From a virus: 39,846 nt of DNA. Below the pieces are notes generated by a model. That model searched no databases, was not told where the DNA came from, and saw nothing but the letters and a program-made list of their open reading frames with translations. Both the position numbers and the translations under genes were made by a program. This document shows, one piece after another, positions 1 through 6,312 of this stretch (position 1 is its first letter; every line of letters starts with the position of its first letter). The DNA is taken from positions 1-39,846 of the IMG/VR virus record IMGVR_UViG_2619618997_000001; one strand, 5' to 3'.

Positions 1-22
1 TGATTTGTAATCAGTAGGTCGG
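1..22. repeat. attL core (left copy of the 22-nt direct repeat TGATTTGTAATCAGTAGGTCGG)
   Basis: Identical to 39825-39846. The true length may be greater, because both copies are cut by the window ends. Confidence 0.85.
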
Positions 23-48
23 CGGTTCGAATCCGTCTGGGGGCACCA
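1..48 (+). tRNA. 3' portion of tRNA-Thr (anticodon UGU), ending in an encoded CCA; the 5' half lies upstream of the window
   Basis: Hand fold: anticodon loop TTTGTAA (4-10; U33, TGT, A37); stem 3' strand TCAGT (11-15); variable loop AGGTC; T-arm GGCGG-TTCGAAT-CCGTC; acceptor 3' strand TGGGGGC; discriminator A; CCA at 46-48. Confidence 0.8.
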
Positions 49-335
49 TTAACCCACTGTTCAAAAGGCATTTTTAGGGAAACGGGCTTTTCGTGCGTCC
101 GAGCGTCCGAACCGTCCGAATTCGGACGCTGTTTCTGGCAGCTATCACAACGGCGATGACCTGGCCCCGTCGAGGGGAAGCCGCAACCGCAGCCAAGGCA
201 GATGCGCACGCTCAGATGACGTTCGCGTTCCAGCCGATTGGCCTTGGCACATGCCACGTCGTAGTGGCTGGCCTTGGCTATCGGACGATCCCCGTCGTAA
301 ACCGCCCAGCTGCAGCCGGCGCCGCGGATTTCCAT
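1..335 (-). CDS. Open-ended Cys-rich small ORF (MEIRGAGCSWAVYDG...ICLGCGCGF...RRCDSCQKQR...) with no stop before the window start
   Basis: Not in the supplied track. Its ATG at 335 overlaps the stop of the upstream 54-aa ORF (TGATG). I checked every codon to position 1 and found no stop. Third positions are GC-rich. The distal part overlaps the arm-type-like repeats and the tRNA, so only the first ~70-80 codons may be real. Confidence 0.35.
   Translation of the reverse strand, partial: MEIRGAGCSWAVYDGDRPIAKASHYDVACAKANRLERERHLSVRICLGCGCGFPSTGPGHRRCDSCQKQRPNSDGSDARTHEKPVSLKMPFEQWVNGAPRRIRTADLLITN
96..128. promoter_or_regulatory. Cluster of four CGTCCGA heptamers (three direct at 96, 104 and 113, one inverted at 122, giving the 16-bp palindrome CGTCCGAATTCGGACG at 113-128); candidate integrase/Xis arm-type sites
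   Basis: Read directly. Located 50-80 bp from the att core on the int-proximal arm. Confidence 0.4.
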
Positions 336-499
336 CACCGTGCTCCCGGGTTCGACAGCCGGATCACTTCTTGGCGCAGATATTGCAGTTCGTCATCAAT
401 GGCCTTGGCCGCTTCTTCCAGATCGCGCTTGGCATCGGTCGAGCTAGCGATAGGTTCCAGGCTGGCTAGATGGGCGACGATTGTTTGAATGGGTGTCAC
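335..499 (-). CDS. Hypothetical 54-aa protein (MTPIQTIVAHLASLEPIASSTDAKRDLEEAAKAIDDELQYLRQEVIRLSNPGAR), predicted helical
   Basis: Not in the track (below its size cutoff). The GTG at 499 overlaps the integrase stop (GTGA). I verified the frame is stop-free. Coupled to the next ORF. Confidence 0.45.
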   Translation of the reverse strand: MTPIQTIVAHLASLEPIASSTDAKRDLEEAAKAIDDELQYLRQEVIRLSNPGAR

Positions 500-1686
500 G
501 CTTTCTTCCTTTCTTTCGATCCTGGCCGACGGATCGCGCTGACGGCGCGGGCGGCGGTGTAGAAGTTCGCCGGCATGTAGGTGGCCGCCAGCACCGGGTT
601 ATCAGCGACGGTATTGCCCAGCAGGTCGCCCACATCCTCGTGGCTCGCGCCGCCGATCCGCGCCCAGGTGCTGGCCGAGCGGCGCAGGTCGCGGAACTGC
701 AGTACCTGGCCTGCCGCCAGCAGCGACGGGCACGCCTTGGCCGCCCTGGCGCGCAGGTCGCTCCACCGGTGCTGGAACAGATCGAGGTCATAGGCCCGGC
801 CGACACGCTCATCGACCAGCAGCGGATCATCGGCGCCCCTGCGCAGGTCGGCCATGCGCTGGACCCATGCCACGGCCTCGTCATGCAGCGGCACGGTGCC
901 GTCCTTGTCATTCTTCGAGCGTTTGAAATCCCAGACCCAAACCTTGCGGGGGAAATCTTCATCCTCGCTCGGCAGCACCATCGACACCTGCACAAACTCG
1001 CACACGCGCGCCGCCAAGATATCCGTCTGGCGCTGGCCCTGCAGGAAAGACAGCGCCACGGCCGCGCCGAGCGAGGGCATACCCAGATCCTCGGCCGCGG
1101 CCAGGAGCGCGTCGAATTCCTCCCAGCTGGCATAGCGGGAGCGGGGTTTTGCCTTCTCGCGTTCCAGACCGATGCAGGGGTTCGAGCCCTTGGGACGCCA
1201 GCGAAGGCGTTCGGCCAGCTTGAACAACATCGACATCATGACGGTCATCTTGGTGGCGTAGTTGGCGCCCGAGCTGTCGGCCAGCGTGTCATGCCACGCC
1301 TGCATCACGTCGCTGTCAAAATCGCTGACCTTGTATCCGCCCCACTTCTTGCTGATCGCATTCAGCAGGGTCTTATAGCCGCGCTTGGTGCCCGCCGCCC
1401 GCTTCTGATACCACTTGTGATCGCGATAGGTTTCGATGAGCGCGTCGATGGTGCGCGCCGTCTGTTGCCGGGCCTTGGTGGTTTCGCCGTTCAGCGCCCG
1501 GCGCACCGCCCTGTTCTGGGCCTCGGCCTCGCGGATCGACCAGGCCGGCCGGTCGGCATCGAGGTTGACGGCTTCCAGCCCGAGCTTCTTTTCGGCGCCC
1601 GTGGGTTCCCACCACACGCGCCAGGTGCCATCGCTGCGCTCGCGCTGGCGGAGGCCCTTGACCTTTTCGCGGATGGGTTTCGGCAT
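496..1686 (-). CDS. int: Tyrosine recombinase / phage integrase
   Basis: 396 aa. Its C-terminal region has an Arg...LRRSAST...Y (ATYMP) pattern typical of the phage integrase family. SD GAGGA lies upstream of the ATG at 1686. Adjacent to the tRNA/att. Confidence 0.9.
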   Translation of the reverse strand: MPKPIREKVKGLRQRERSDGTWRVWWEPTGAEKKLGLEAVNLDADRPAWSIREAEAQNRAVRRALNGETTKARQQTARTIDALIETYRDHKWYQKRAAGTKRGYKTLLNAISKKWGGYKVSDFDSDVMQAWHDTLADSSGANYATKMTVMMSMLFKLAERLRWRPKGSNPCIGLEREKAKPRSRYASWEEFDALLAAAEDLGMPSLGAAVALSFLQGQRQTDILAARVCEFVQVSMVLPSEDEDFPRKVWVWDFKRSKNDKDGTVPLHDEAVAWVQRMADLRRGADDPLLVDERVGRAYDLDLFQHRWSDLRARAAKACPSLLAAGQVLQFRDLRRSASTWARIGGASHEDVGDLLGNTVADNPVLAATYMPANFYTAARAVSAIRRPGSKERKKA

Positions 1687-1698
1687 CAGAGCGTTCCT

Positions 1699-1899
1699 CT
1701 AGAAAAAATGTCCACGTTGGGCGCGCAAGATCGCCAATTTGCACACGTCGGAAAACGTGTCGATTTCGTTCACTCCGTGCAGATCGTCTCGCATGTCGGA
1801 AAGAACCTGTCGCTGAATGAGGGTGAGGTTCGCGCTTTCCAGTGCAGCTTCAAGCGCCTCAATGGCATCTGAAATTGAGTGAAAAGCCGGGTGCGTCAT
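1699..1899 (-). CDS. Hypothetical 66-aa early protein
   Basis: The ATG at 1899 forms an ATGA overlap with the upstream ORF stop. The track ORF 1699-1932 was trimmed to this coupled start. Confidence 0.5.
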   Translation of the reverse strand: MTHPAFHSISDAIEALEAALESANLTLIQRQVLSDMRDDLHGVNEIDTFSDVCKLAILRAQRGHFF

Positions 1900-2096
1900 A
1901 CCGACCCTTTTGCCAGTTCTTGCGCGCCGCAAATGTCACACGTTTCGCCTGGCTGCAGATGGCACTCGCCGCATGGCTCTTTCCGGTTCGGTCGGTTTTG
2001 ACACCCACACATTTCGTTTGACCCGCCGCAGGGGCAGGCCTCTCCGCGCCTCTGTTCTTCGCGGATAATTTCAAGCAGATGCGCGCGGTTCCTCAT
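1896..2096 (-). CDS. Cys-rich (8 Cys: CxC, CxC, CxxC, CxxC) small protein, putative zinc-binding
   Basis: 66 aa. SD GAGGG lies upstream of the ATG at 2096. Coupled to the downstream ORF. Confidence 0.55.
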   Translation of the reverse strand: MRNRAHLLEIIREEQRRGEACPCGGSNEMCGCQNRPNRKEPCGECHLQPGETCDICGAQELAKGSV

Positions 2097-2114
2097 AATC
2101 CAGGTGCCCTCTGA

Positions 2115-2318
2115 TCAATCGTCGGCCAGCGTGATCGCGAGGGCATTGCAGAAATCTCTGACGGCCTCCCGGTCGCTGCCGTGCAGATGGTCTGCAATCT
2201 CGGTATCCGACGGCCCGGCCTCGGCGATGGCCACCAGGGCATAGGCAAGTTCTTCTTCGTCATTCGCCAGCTCGGCGCCGATTTGGCCACCGGTTACGGA
2301 GTGGTTAAGGTGGATCAC
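2115..2318 (-). CDS. Hypothetical acidic 67-aa protein
   Basis: In-frame GTG at 2318, preceded by AAGGAG (2330-2325) with a 6-nt spacer. The longer track ORF would overlap the upstream gene. Confidence 0.5.
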   Translation of the reverse strand: MIHLNHSVTGGQIGAELANDEEELAYALVAIAEAGPSDTEIADHLHGSDREAVRDFCNALAITLADD

Positions 2319-2331
2319 TGTTCGCTCCTTC

Positions 2332-2643
2332 TCAAGAAAAGTGGTCTTCCGCGAACCCTCGCCAGTCGAGGTCGCATTCGCATTCCCAGCGGCCACCCAT
2401 CCATGTCGGCACCGTGTGGCACTGCGGGCATTCGGGCTCGTGGATGGTGACTATCGTTCCGGGCGGGAAGGTTGTTGCGCTCAGCATCAGGGCATCTTCG
2501 AGCCCGACCGGACCAGCTCCATCCTTGTCGCCCTCGGCCGATCCGATCCAGCGCGGTTCGTGCTGGTCGCACGTTTCGCCGGCATAGACGTTCGGCGCCT
2601 GCACGACGCGCATCGTCTCGCGCGTCTTGTAGGGCAGGGCCAT
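2332..2643 (-). CDS. Hypothetical 103-aa protein with CxxC...CxC motif
   Basis: In-frame ATG at 2643 with GGAG upstream. Starts just after the stop of ORF 2649-2867. Confidence 0.5.
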   Translation of the reverse strand: MALPYKTRETMRVVQAPNVYAGETCDQHEPRWIGSAEGDKDGAGPVGLEDALMLSATTFPPGTIVTIHEPECPQCHTVPTWMGGRWECECDLDWRGFAEDHFS

Positions 2644-2648
2644 CCCGC

Positions 2649-2867
2649 TCACTCCACCAGCCAGAAGCCGCACGCCTCGCAGGCCGCGCGGGCGTGGTTC
2701 TTGCGGCCGGCGATCCTGACGCGCAGCGTGCGGGTGCCCTTGGGGCTGCAGCTGCACCGTGCTCGGCCGCGTGTCAGGCCGCGCGCGATCAGCTTGGCCT
2801 TGGCCTTCATCACCAGCGGGAGCTTGGTCATGTAATCGTCGGCCAGGGTGGCGTCGGTGTCGGTCAT
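2649..2867 (-). CDS. Hypothetical 72-aa basic protein with CxC...CxxC motif
   Basis: ATGA overlap with the upstream ORF at 2864-2867. Confidence 0.55.
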   Translation of the reverse strand: MTDTDATLADDYMTKLPLVMKAKAKLIARGLTRGRARCSCSPKGTRTLRVRIAGRKNHARAACEACGFWLVE

Positions 2868-3103
2868 ACGCGATCCTCCAGGAACCGGATCAGGGCGCCG
2901 TGCAGCTGGCCGGCGGACCCGGTATCGCTTTCGGTCAGCTCGATCAGAATGCGCAGCCCGTCGGCCAGGATCGTCGCGGTGTCTCCCGAGCCAACATTGT
3001 CATGCGGCGTAATGCTTCCTTCGCGCACCGCCTCGATCATGTCCCCAGCTGCACCTTGCGCTTGTGATGCGGCTGCCAGCAATTTAGCGATGGTTTCGTC
3101 CAT
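2864..3103 (-). CDS. Hypothetical 79-aa acidic protein
   Basis: The ATG at 3103 overlaps the upstream stop (TGATG). GTG at 3106 is an alternative start. Confidence 0.5.
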   Translation of the reverse strand: MDETIAKLLAAASQAQGAAGDMIEAVREGSITPHDNVGSGDTATILADGLRILIELTESDTGSAGQLHGALIRFLEDRV

Positions 3104-3282
3104 CACGCCCCCTTCCTTTCCACTCTTGGAATATTGCTGCGCCCTTCATAGACGGGGAGCCAGCGGCCCTTGTGTTCGACCGCCGCGAAGATCGGCGACA
3201 GCACCGTAGCTTCAATGCGTTGCCGGTCGTATTCCGCTTTAGCGGCTTGAGCTGCACCGTGAATGCTGATGAAGCCGCACAT
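3103..3282 (-). CDS. Hypothetical 59-aa protein
   Basis: The ATG at 3282 forms an ATGA overlap with the stop of the AlpA-like ORF. The Arg/Gly-rich N-terminal extension in the track was rejected. Confidence 0.45.
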   Translation of the reverse strand: MCGFISIHGAAQAAKAEYDRQRIEATVLSPIFAAVEHKGRWLPVYEGRSNIPRVERKGA

Positions 3283-3542
3283 CAGCCGCGCCTCGCTTCC
3301 GCCAGCAGCACGACGTTGGCGCCCATGCCGGCCGTGTCCGGCAGATGGGGCTTTGGCCGCCCCATGCCGTCGACCCACGCCTGCACTTCCGTGCGGCGCC
3401 ATTTCAGCGGCCGCCGCGACGTAGGTAGCGGCATCGGAAAGCCTTCCTCGTCTTCAAGGCGATGGCGGTTCATCAGAAACGCATCGGCAGAATAAAACCC
3501 GACCATGCGTGCGACCTCGGGGGCCTGAATGAAAACCGTCAT
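3282..3542 (-). CDS. AlpA/MerR-type helix-turn-helix protein; candidate excisionase or early regulator
   Basis: Pattern ...APEVARMVGFSADAF...GFPMP...RRPLKWRRTEVQAWV resembles AlpA/Xis-type HTH proteins (L-x-EV-x-x-x-G...FP-x-P...W-x-x-x-EV-x-x-W). The ATG at 3542 is coupled (ATGA) to the upstream small ORF. Confidence 0.6.
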   Translation of the reverse strand: MTVFIQAPEVARMVGFYSADAFLMNRHRLEDEEGFPMPLPTSRRPLKWRRTEVQAWVDGMGRPKPHLPDTAGMGANVVLLAEARRG

Positions 3543-3715
3543 TCCGACCACCGATCTTGCATTTGTGCCCAGTTGCGGATCGAAACGTCGAATTCCGTGT
3601 CGTAACTTTGCGGATCGTGCTGGGTGTCGTCCATCGCCCCAAAAACAGATGCGACGGCGTAGACCCCCACCATGAAAACGACAAACAGCCCCGCCAAAAT
3701 GCCAGTAGCTACCAT
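3539..3715 (-). CDS. Small (58 aa) single-pass membrane protein (MVATGILAGLFVVFMVGVYAVASVFGAM...)
   Basis: Not in the track. I translated it codon by codon. GAGG lies upstream. Its stop overlaps the next start. Confidence 0.45.
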   Translation of the reverse strand: MVATGILAGLFVVFMVGVYAVASVFGAMDDTQHDPQSYDTEFDVSIRNWAQMQDRWSE

Positions 3716-3821
3716 GCTCTAGACCTCGTTGCCCCCGCCGTGCCGTTCGCTGGCGGGGGTCGGAGTGGTGGCTGGGGCGGGCGGCGAGCAGATCGGTGCG
3801 CCCGAACGGCCCCGTCGGAAA

Positions 3822-4064
3822 CTAAATTCGGGGCGGCGGTGGCGGCCCGAACCCGGCGCGCATTGCCCGGGTAAGGTCGCGCGTCATGCGAGCGGAATTC
3901 ACGATCTGCACACCGAGCGGGACGGTCGGCCCCGTCTCGGGTATGTCGGCTGCGCCGGCTTCGAGCTGCCGCGCCCATGTCTCCATGCAATCAAGCGCAT
4001 AGTTAAACCCCCGCAGTTCGTCGGCCGTCATGGTGCGCAGCGTGATGTCCTGCCCGTCGCTCAT
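3822..4064 (-). CDS. Hypothetical 80-aa protein
   Basis: The ATG at 4064 forms an ATGA overlap with the stop of the upstream ORF. Confidence 0.45.
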   Translation of the reverse strand: MSDGQDITLRTMTADELRGFNYALDCMETWARQLEAGAADIPETGPTVPLGVQIVNSARMTRDLTRAMRAGFGPPPPPRI

Positions 4065-4330
4065 GCCGGCGCCCGGTCGCAGTGAATGAAACTCACGTTG
4101 TCCAGATCGGTGCAGTCGCTGATCAAGTCCATCGCCGCGCGCCGCTGGCGCAGCTCGAAGCAGACCTGCGGGGCGGTCAGCAGCATCAAGCATGCCTCTG
4201 TGTGGGACAGCTCGATACCCTTCTGGGCCTTCTCGGCGATGGCCGTTATTTGATCCAGAGTTTCATCCGTGATCTTGCCCGCCCGCGTGTGCGGGATCGA
4301 GAAGGGCGATTGGTTTCTTGCCTGTGTCAC
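4061..4330 (-). CDS. First gene of the leftward early operon, hypothetical 89 aa
   Basis: GTG at 4330 is preceded by AGGAG (4344-4340). The ATG at 4363 in the track would lie upstream of the predicted transcription start. Confidence 0.5.
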   Translation of the reverse strand: MTQARNQSPFSIPHTRAGKITDETLDQITAIAEKAQKGIELSHTEACLMLLTAPQVCFELRQRRAAMDLISDCTDLDNVSFIHCDRAPA

Positions 4331-4364
4331 CTGTCTAAACTCCTGTTGCCTGTACTGGCACAAG

Positions 4365-4393
4365 AGTTATGGGTGCGCGGTGCGCACTGTCAA
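4365..4393 (-). promoter_or_regulatory. PL-like sigma70-type promoter: -35 TTGACA (4393-4388), 17-nt spacer, -10 ATAACT (4370-4365)
   Basis: Read on the minus strand. The -35 abuts the 17-bp palindrome. Confidence 0.5.
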
Positions 4394-4408
4394 CTAAAAA
4401 TTTTAGTT
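4392..4408. promoter_or_regulatory. Operator-like perfect palindrome AACTAAAA-a-TTTTAGTT (OL-like)
   Basis: 8-1-8 inverted repeat. A near-identical copy (1 mismatch) lies at 5344-5360. Confidence 0.6.
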
Positions 4409-4424
4409 TTACTAACCAATGAGG

Positions 4425-4697
4425 TTAGTTTGAGCTGTTCTTCTTGTAGAATTTCTTTTCGGCAAGCCAATACGCCGGTCGCTCCGGAAGCCACGCCATG
4501 AGGAAAAATTGCATAATAAACAAAAACATAAGCGTGCCGGAGTATCCGAGCATTCGAGCAAGCCATTCCCAGGCTAAAAACAGAAGAAACGGTGATGCAA
4601 AGGCAAATACCCTCACGACGTTTTGTGTGCGAGTATAGATCGCCTCAAGCTCAAGCTGTTCTTTGTGCGTTCGTGGAGGGGTCAGTTCGTCCGCCAT
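4425..4697 (-). CDS. Small two-TM membrane protein co-transcribed with the repressor (candidate superinfection-exclusion/abortive-infection moron)
   Basis: 90 aa with hydrophobic segments FAFASPFLLFLAWEWLA and TLMFLFIMQFFLMAWL. Its start overlaps the cI-like stop by 16 nt. The stretch is clearly AT-richer than its flanks. Confidence 0.65.
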   Translation of the reverse strand: MADELTPPRTHKEQLELEAIYTRTQNVVRVFAFASPFLLFLAWEWLARMLGYSGTLMFLFIMQFFLMAWLPERPAYWLAEKKFYKKNSSN

Positions 4698-5335
4698 GAC
4701 GCAATCACCTTTCCGCGGATCACGACATTATTGCCATCAACCACATGGGTTCGGCCACCGCTAACGGTCGCGCTCACGGCAATCAAAACGGGTGGTTCAA
4801 AAAGCCGCAACACTGTTTCCACTGATCCCGATTTCCAGTTGTAAAGTTGTGCGATTACCATGTCCCCGGCCCGGCATCTTTCGCTCTGATGGGTATCAAC
4901 CAGGATGAGATCACCGCGCCGGTAACCTTCCAGCATCAGGGCATCCGTTCGCACGGTCCAGATGTCAACTCCTGGCTTGTCGCCCCCTAGAAGTGCGGCA
5001 ATTTTGCGGGCATTATCTGCTGCCGACCCATCAGAAACAAATGGTGCGGCATCGCTTTCCGAAAAACCGGGTGTGAGCCTTTGAGCCTCGGCAGGCTCAC
5101 TCACCCCGGCGCGCTTCAGCACCTCTTCGAGGGGAACCTGCAGCACCTTGGCAAACGCGCGAGCCCAATCCAGCGACATACGCTGGTCTCCTGAGTAAAT
5201 GTGAGAGACATTGGAGCGTGTCCGCCCCATTTCCCGCGCAATATCCTCGGCGGTGACGCCAACCTCTTTTTGACGTTTTTTGAACCACTTGTCATCCACC
5301 GTTCGCCAAGTAAGCACCACGCACTCACAAATCAC
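4682..5335 (-). CDS. CI-like repressor: N-terminal XRE-type HTH plus C-terminal LexA/S24-like domain
   Basis: HTH: VTAEDIAREMGRTRSNVSHIYSG. S24-like blocks: RRGDLILVD, AGDMVIAQL, VLRLF, IRGKVIA. The start (GTG 5335, or GTG codons a few residues in) is unresolved and has no SD. Confidence 0.85.
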   Translation of the reverse strand: MICECVVLTWRTVDDKWFKKRQKEVGVTAEDIAREMGRTRSNVSHIYSGDQRMSLDWARAFAKVLQVPLEEVLKRAGVSEPAEAQRLTPGFSESDAAPFVSDGSAADNARKIAALLGGDKPGVDIWTVRTDALMLEGYRRGDLILVDTHQSERCRAGDMVIAQLYNWKSGSVETVLRLFEPPVLIAVSATVSGGRTHVVDGNNVVIRGKVIASWRTN

Positions 5336-5343
5336 GTCAGTTT

Positions 5344-5360
5344 AACTGAAAATTTTAGTT
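5344..5360. promoter_or_regulatory. Operator-like palindrome AACTGAAA-a-TTTTAGTT (OR-like) in the cI/cro intergenic region
   Basis: 16/17 identical to 4392-4408. Confidence 0.6.
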
Positions 5361-5387
5361 GCAACATCTAGGGCTCAACGCTATCGG
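5359..5387 (+). promoter_or_regulatory. Candidate PR: -35 TTGCAA (5359-5364), 17-nt spacer, weak -10 TATCGG (5382-5387)
   Basis: Same geometry as at PL: the -35 overlaps the last two bases of the palindrome. The -10 is poor. It would give a nearly leaderless cro-like mRNA. Confidence 0.35.
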
Positions 5388-5394
5388 TTGTGTC

Positions 5395-5742
5395 ATGAGT
5401 ACGCACCTAACACCAATTGAAGTGGTTGAATGCCTTGTTGCCCCGATTGGGGAGTTGGGCAAAATCGCGGGGCTGAATGACAAGGCGCCCTATAACTGGC
5501 GTCGCGAAAGTCAGTACCGTGCGGCCGGCGACATTCCGCATCACGCGATGCGCCGCATTCACGCCCATGCGGCGGCCAGAAAAATCCCGCTGACAGCAGA
5601 CCATCTGCTTTGGGGTGCGGACTGGAAAGAAATCGACAAGCTGGTCGAGGGCATGGGGAAGACCATGCCGCAGCATCTGCGCGACCGCCTGAAACCCGCC
5701 TTGCAGACGCCCGGCAAGGTCGACGGGATGGCGGCCGAGTGA
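5395..5742 (+). CDS. Cro-like/YdaS-like HTH early regulator
   Basis: Divergent from the repressor. Contains IGELGKIAGLNDKAPYNWRR. The ATG at 5395 was chosen over the TTG at 5359, which lies inside the operator. Confidence 0.55.
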   Translation: MSTHLTPIEVVECLVAPIGELGKIAGLNDKAPYNWRRESQYRAAGDIPHHAMRRIHAHAAARKIPLTADHLLWGADWKEIDKLVEGMGKTMPQHLRDRLKPALQTPGKVDGMAAE

Positions 5743-6026
5743 TGGGCGGGCGGAGCCAAACCTCCCTGCCGGAGCCGGCTCGCCCTGTTTCCGCGCGCGT
5801 TGTCCCCAATGGGCGCGCGCTTGCCTGTGCGCAACCTGTGCGCGTACGGAAGTTTGGCGCGGGGCGGCTCACCTGCCCCGTCCCGCGCCATTCAAATATC
5901 GAGCATGTCACCCCGTCCTCAGCAGGCAGCATCCCGGGGTGGCAGTGGGGCGGGCCGTCGGAGTTTCCCGAGTTTCATCGGCGGCCCGCATCCCCCGAGG
6001 TTTCGGAGGTGGCCCGTGTCCTATGA
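5742..6026 (+). CDS. Possible 94-aa Pro/Arg-rich ORF in the cII-like position
   Basis: Its ATG overlaps the cro-like stop (TGATG). It ends 11 nt inside the next gene. I counted GC-ending codons at about 73 percent. There are no motifs, so it may be non-coding. Confidence 0.3.
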   Translation: MGGRSQTSLPEPARPVSARVVPNGRALACAQPVRVRKFGAGRLTCPVPRHSNIEHVTPSSAGSIPGWQWGGPSEFPEFHRRPASPEVSEVARVL

Positions 6027-6312
6027 CCCGGTTGTCAGCGTCAAGCTCGCGGCCTTCCAGGTCGCGCTGCAAGCGAAGGTCAATGACCTGCCGCAGACCG
6101 ACGTTGACGAGCTGCGCATGGTGGCCGAGCGCAACCTCGAAGATGGCAACGACCCGCTGCGCCGCGCCGTTCTTGGGTTCGTCACCCAGTACGAGCTGCA
6201 CCACCACGACGCCGAACAGCTGAAAAAGCTGGGCCAGCGCCTCGAAGATTTCATCGAAAAGTCAAACGTCCCGGTGCCCCCGGGCCAGGACAGGAAAGAC
6301 GTGCATGGCTGA
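6016..6312 (+). CDS. Hypothetical 98-aa early protein
   Basis: GTG at 6016 with GGAGG (6005-6009) and a 6-nt spacer. Confidence 0.5.
   Translation: MSYDPVVSVKLAAFQVALQAKVNDLPQTDVDELRMVAERNLEDGNDPLRRAVLGFVTQYELHHHDAEQLKKLGQRLEDFIEKSNVPVPPGQDRKDVHG

Noticed and set aside
50-59. 10-mer TAACCCACTG occurs both right after the tRNA end (50-59) and just downstream of the helicase-like gene (10970-10979)
   Set aside because: A single shared 10-mer is a low-probability but unsupported coincidence, with no further flanking similarity. It is not enough to propose a secondary att or a binding site.
481-1872. Long antisense ORFs opposite clearly coding genes (for example 481-1872 +, 6576-7724 -, 9523-10686 -, 12398-13588 -, 15427-16776 -, 25057-27099 -, 27258-28379 -, 28653-29714 -, 31854-33014 -, 19756-20676 -)
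   Set aside because: These are shadow ORFs typical of GC-rich DNA. Their products are Arg/Gly/Pro/Ala-rich and low in complexity. They lack SDs and coupling, and each overlaps a gene that has motifs and synteny support.
3709-3990. 93-aa minus-strand ORF and the 3454-3684 / 3557-3874 ORFs around the AlpA-like gene
   Set aside because: These are Arg/Ala/Pro-rich off-frame products overlapping better-supported coupled ORFs (3539-3715, 3822-4064).
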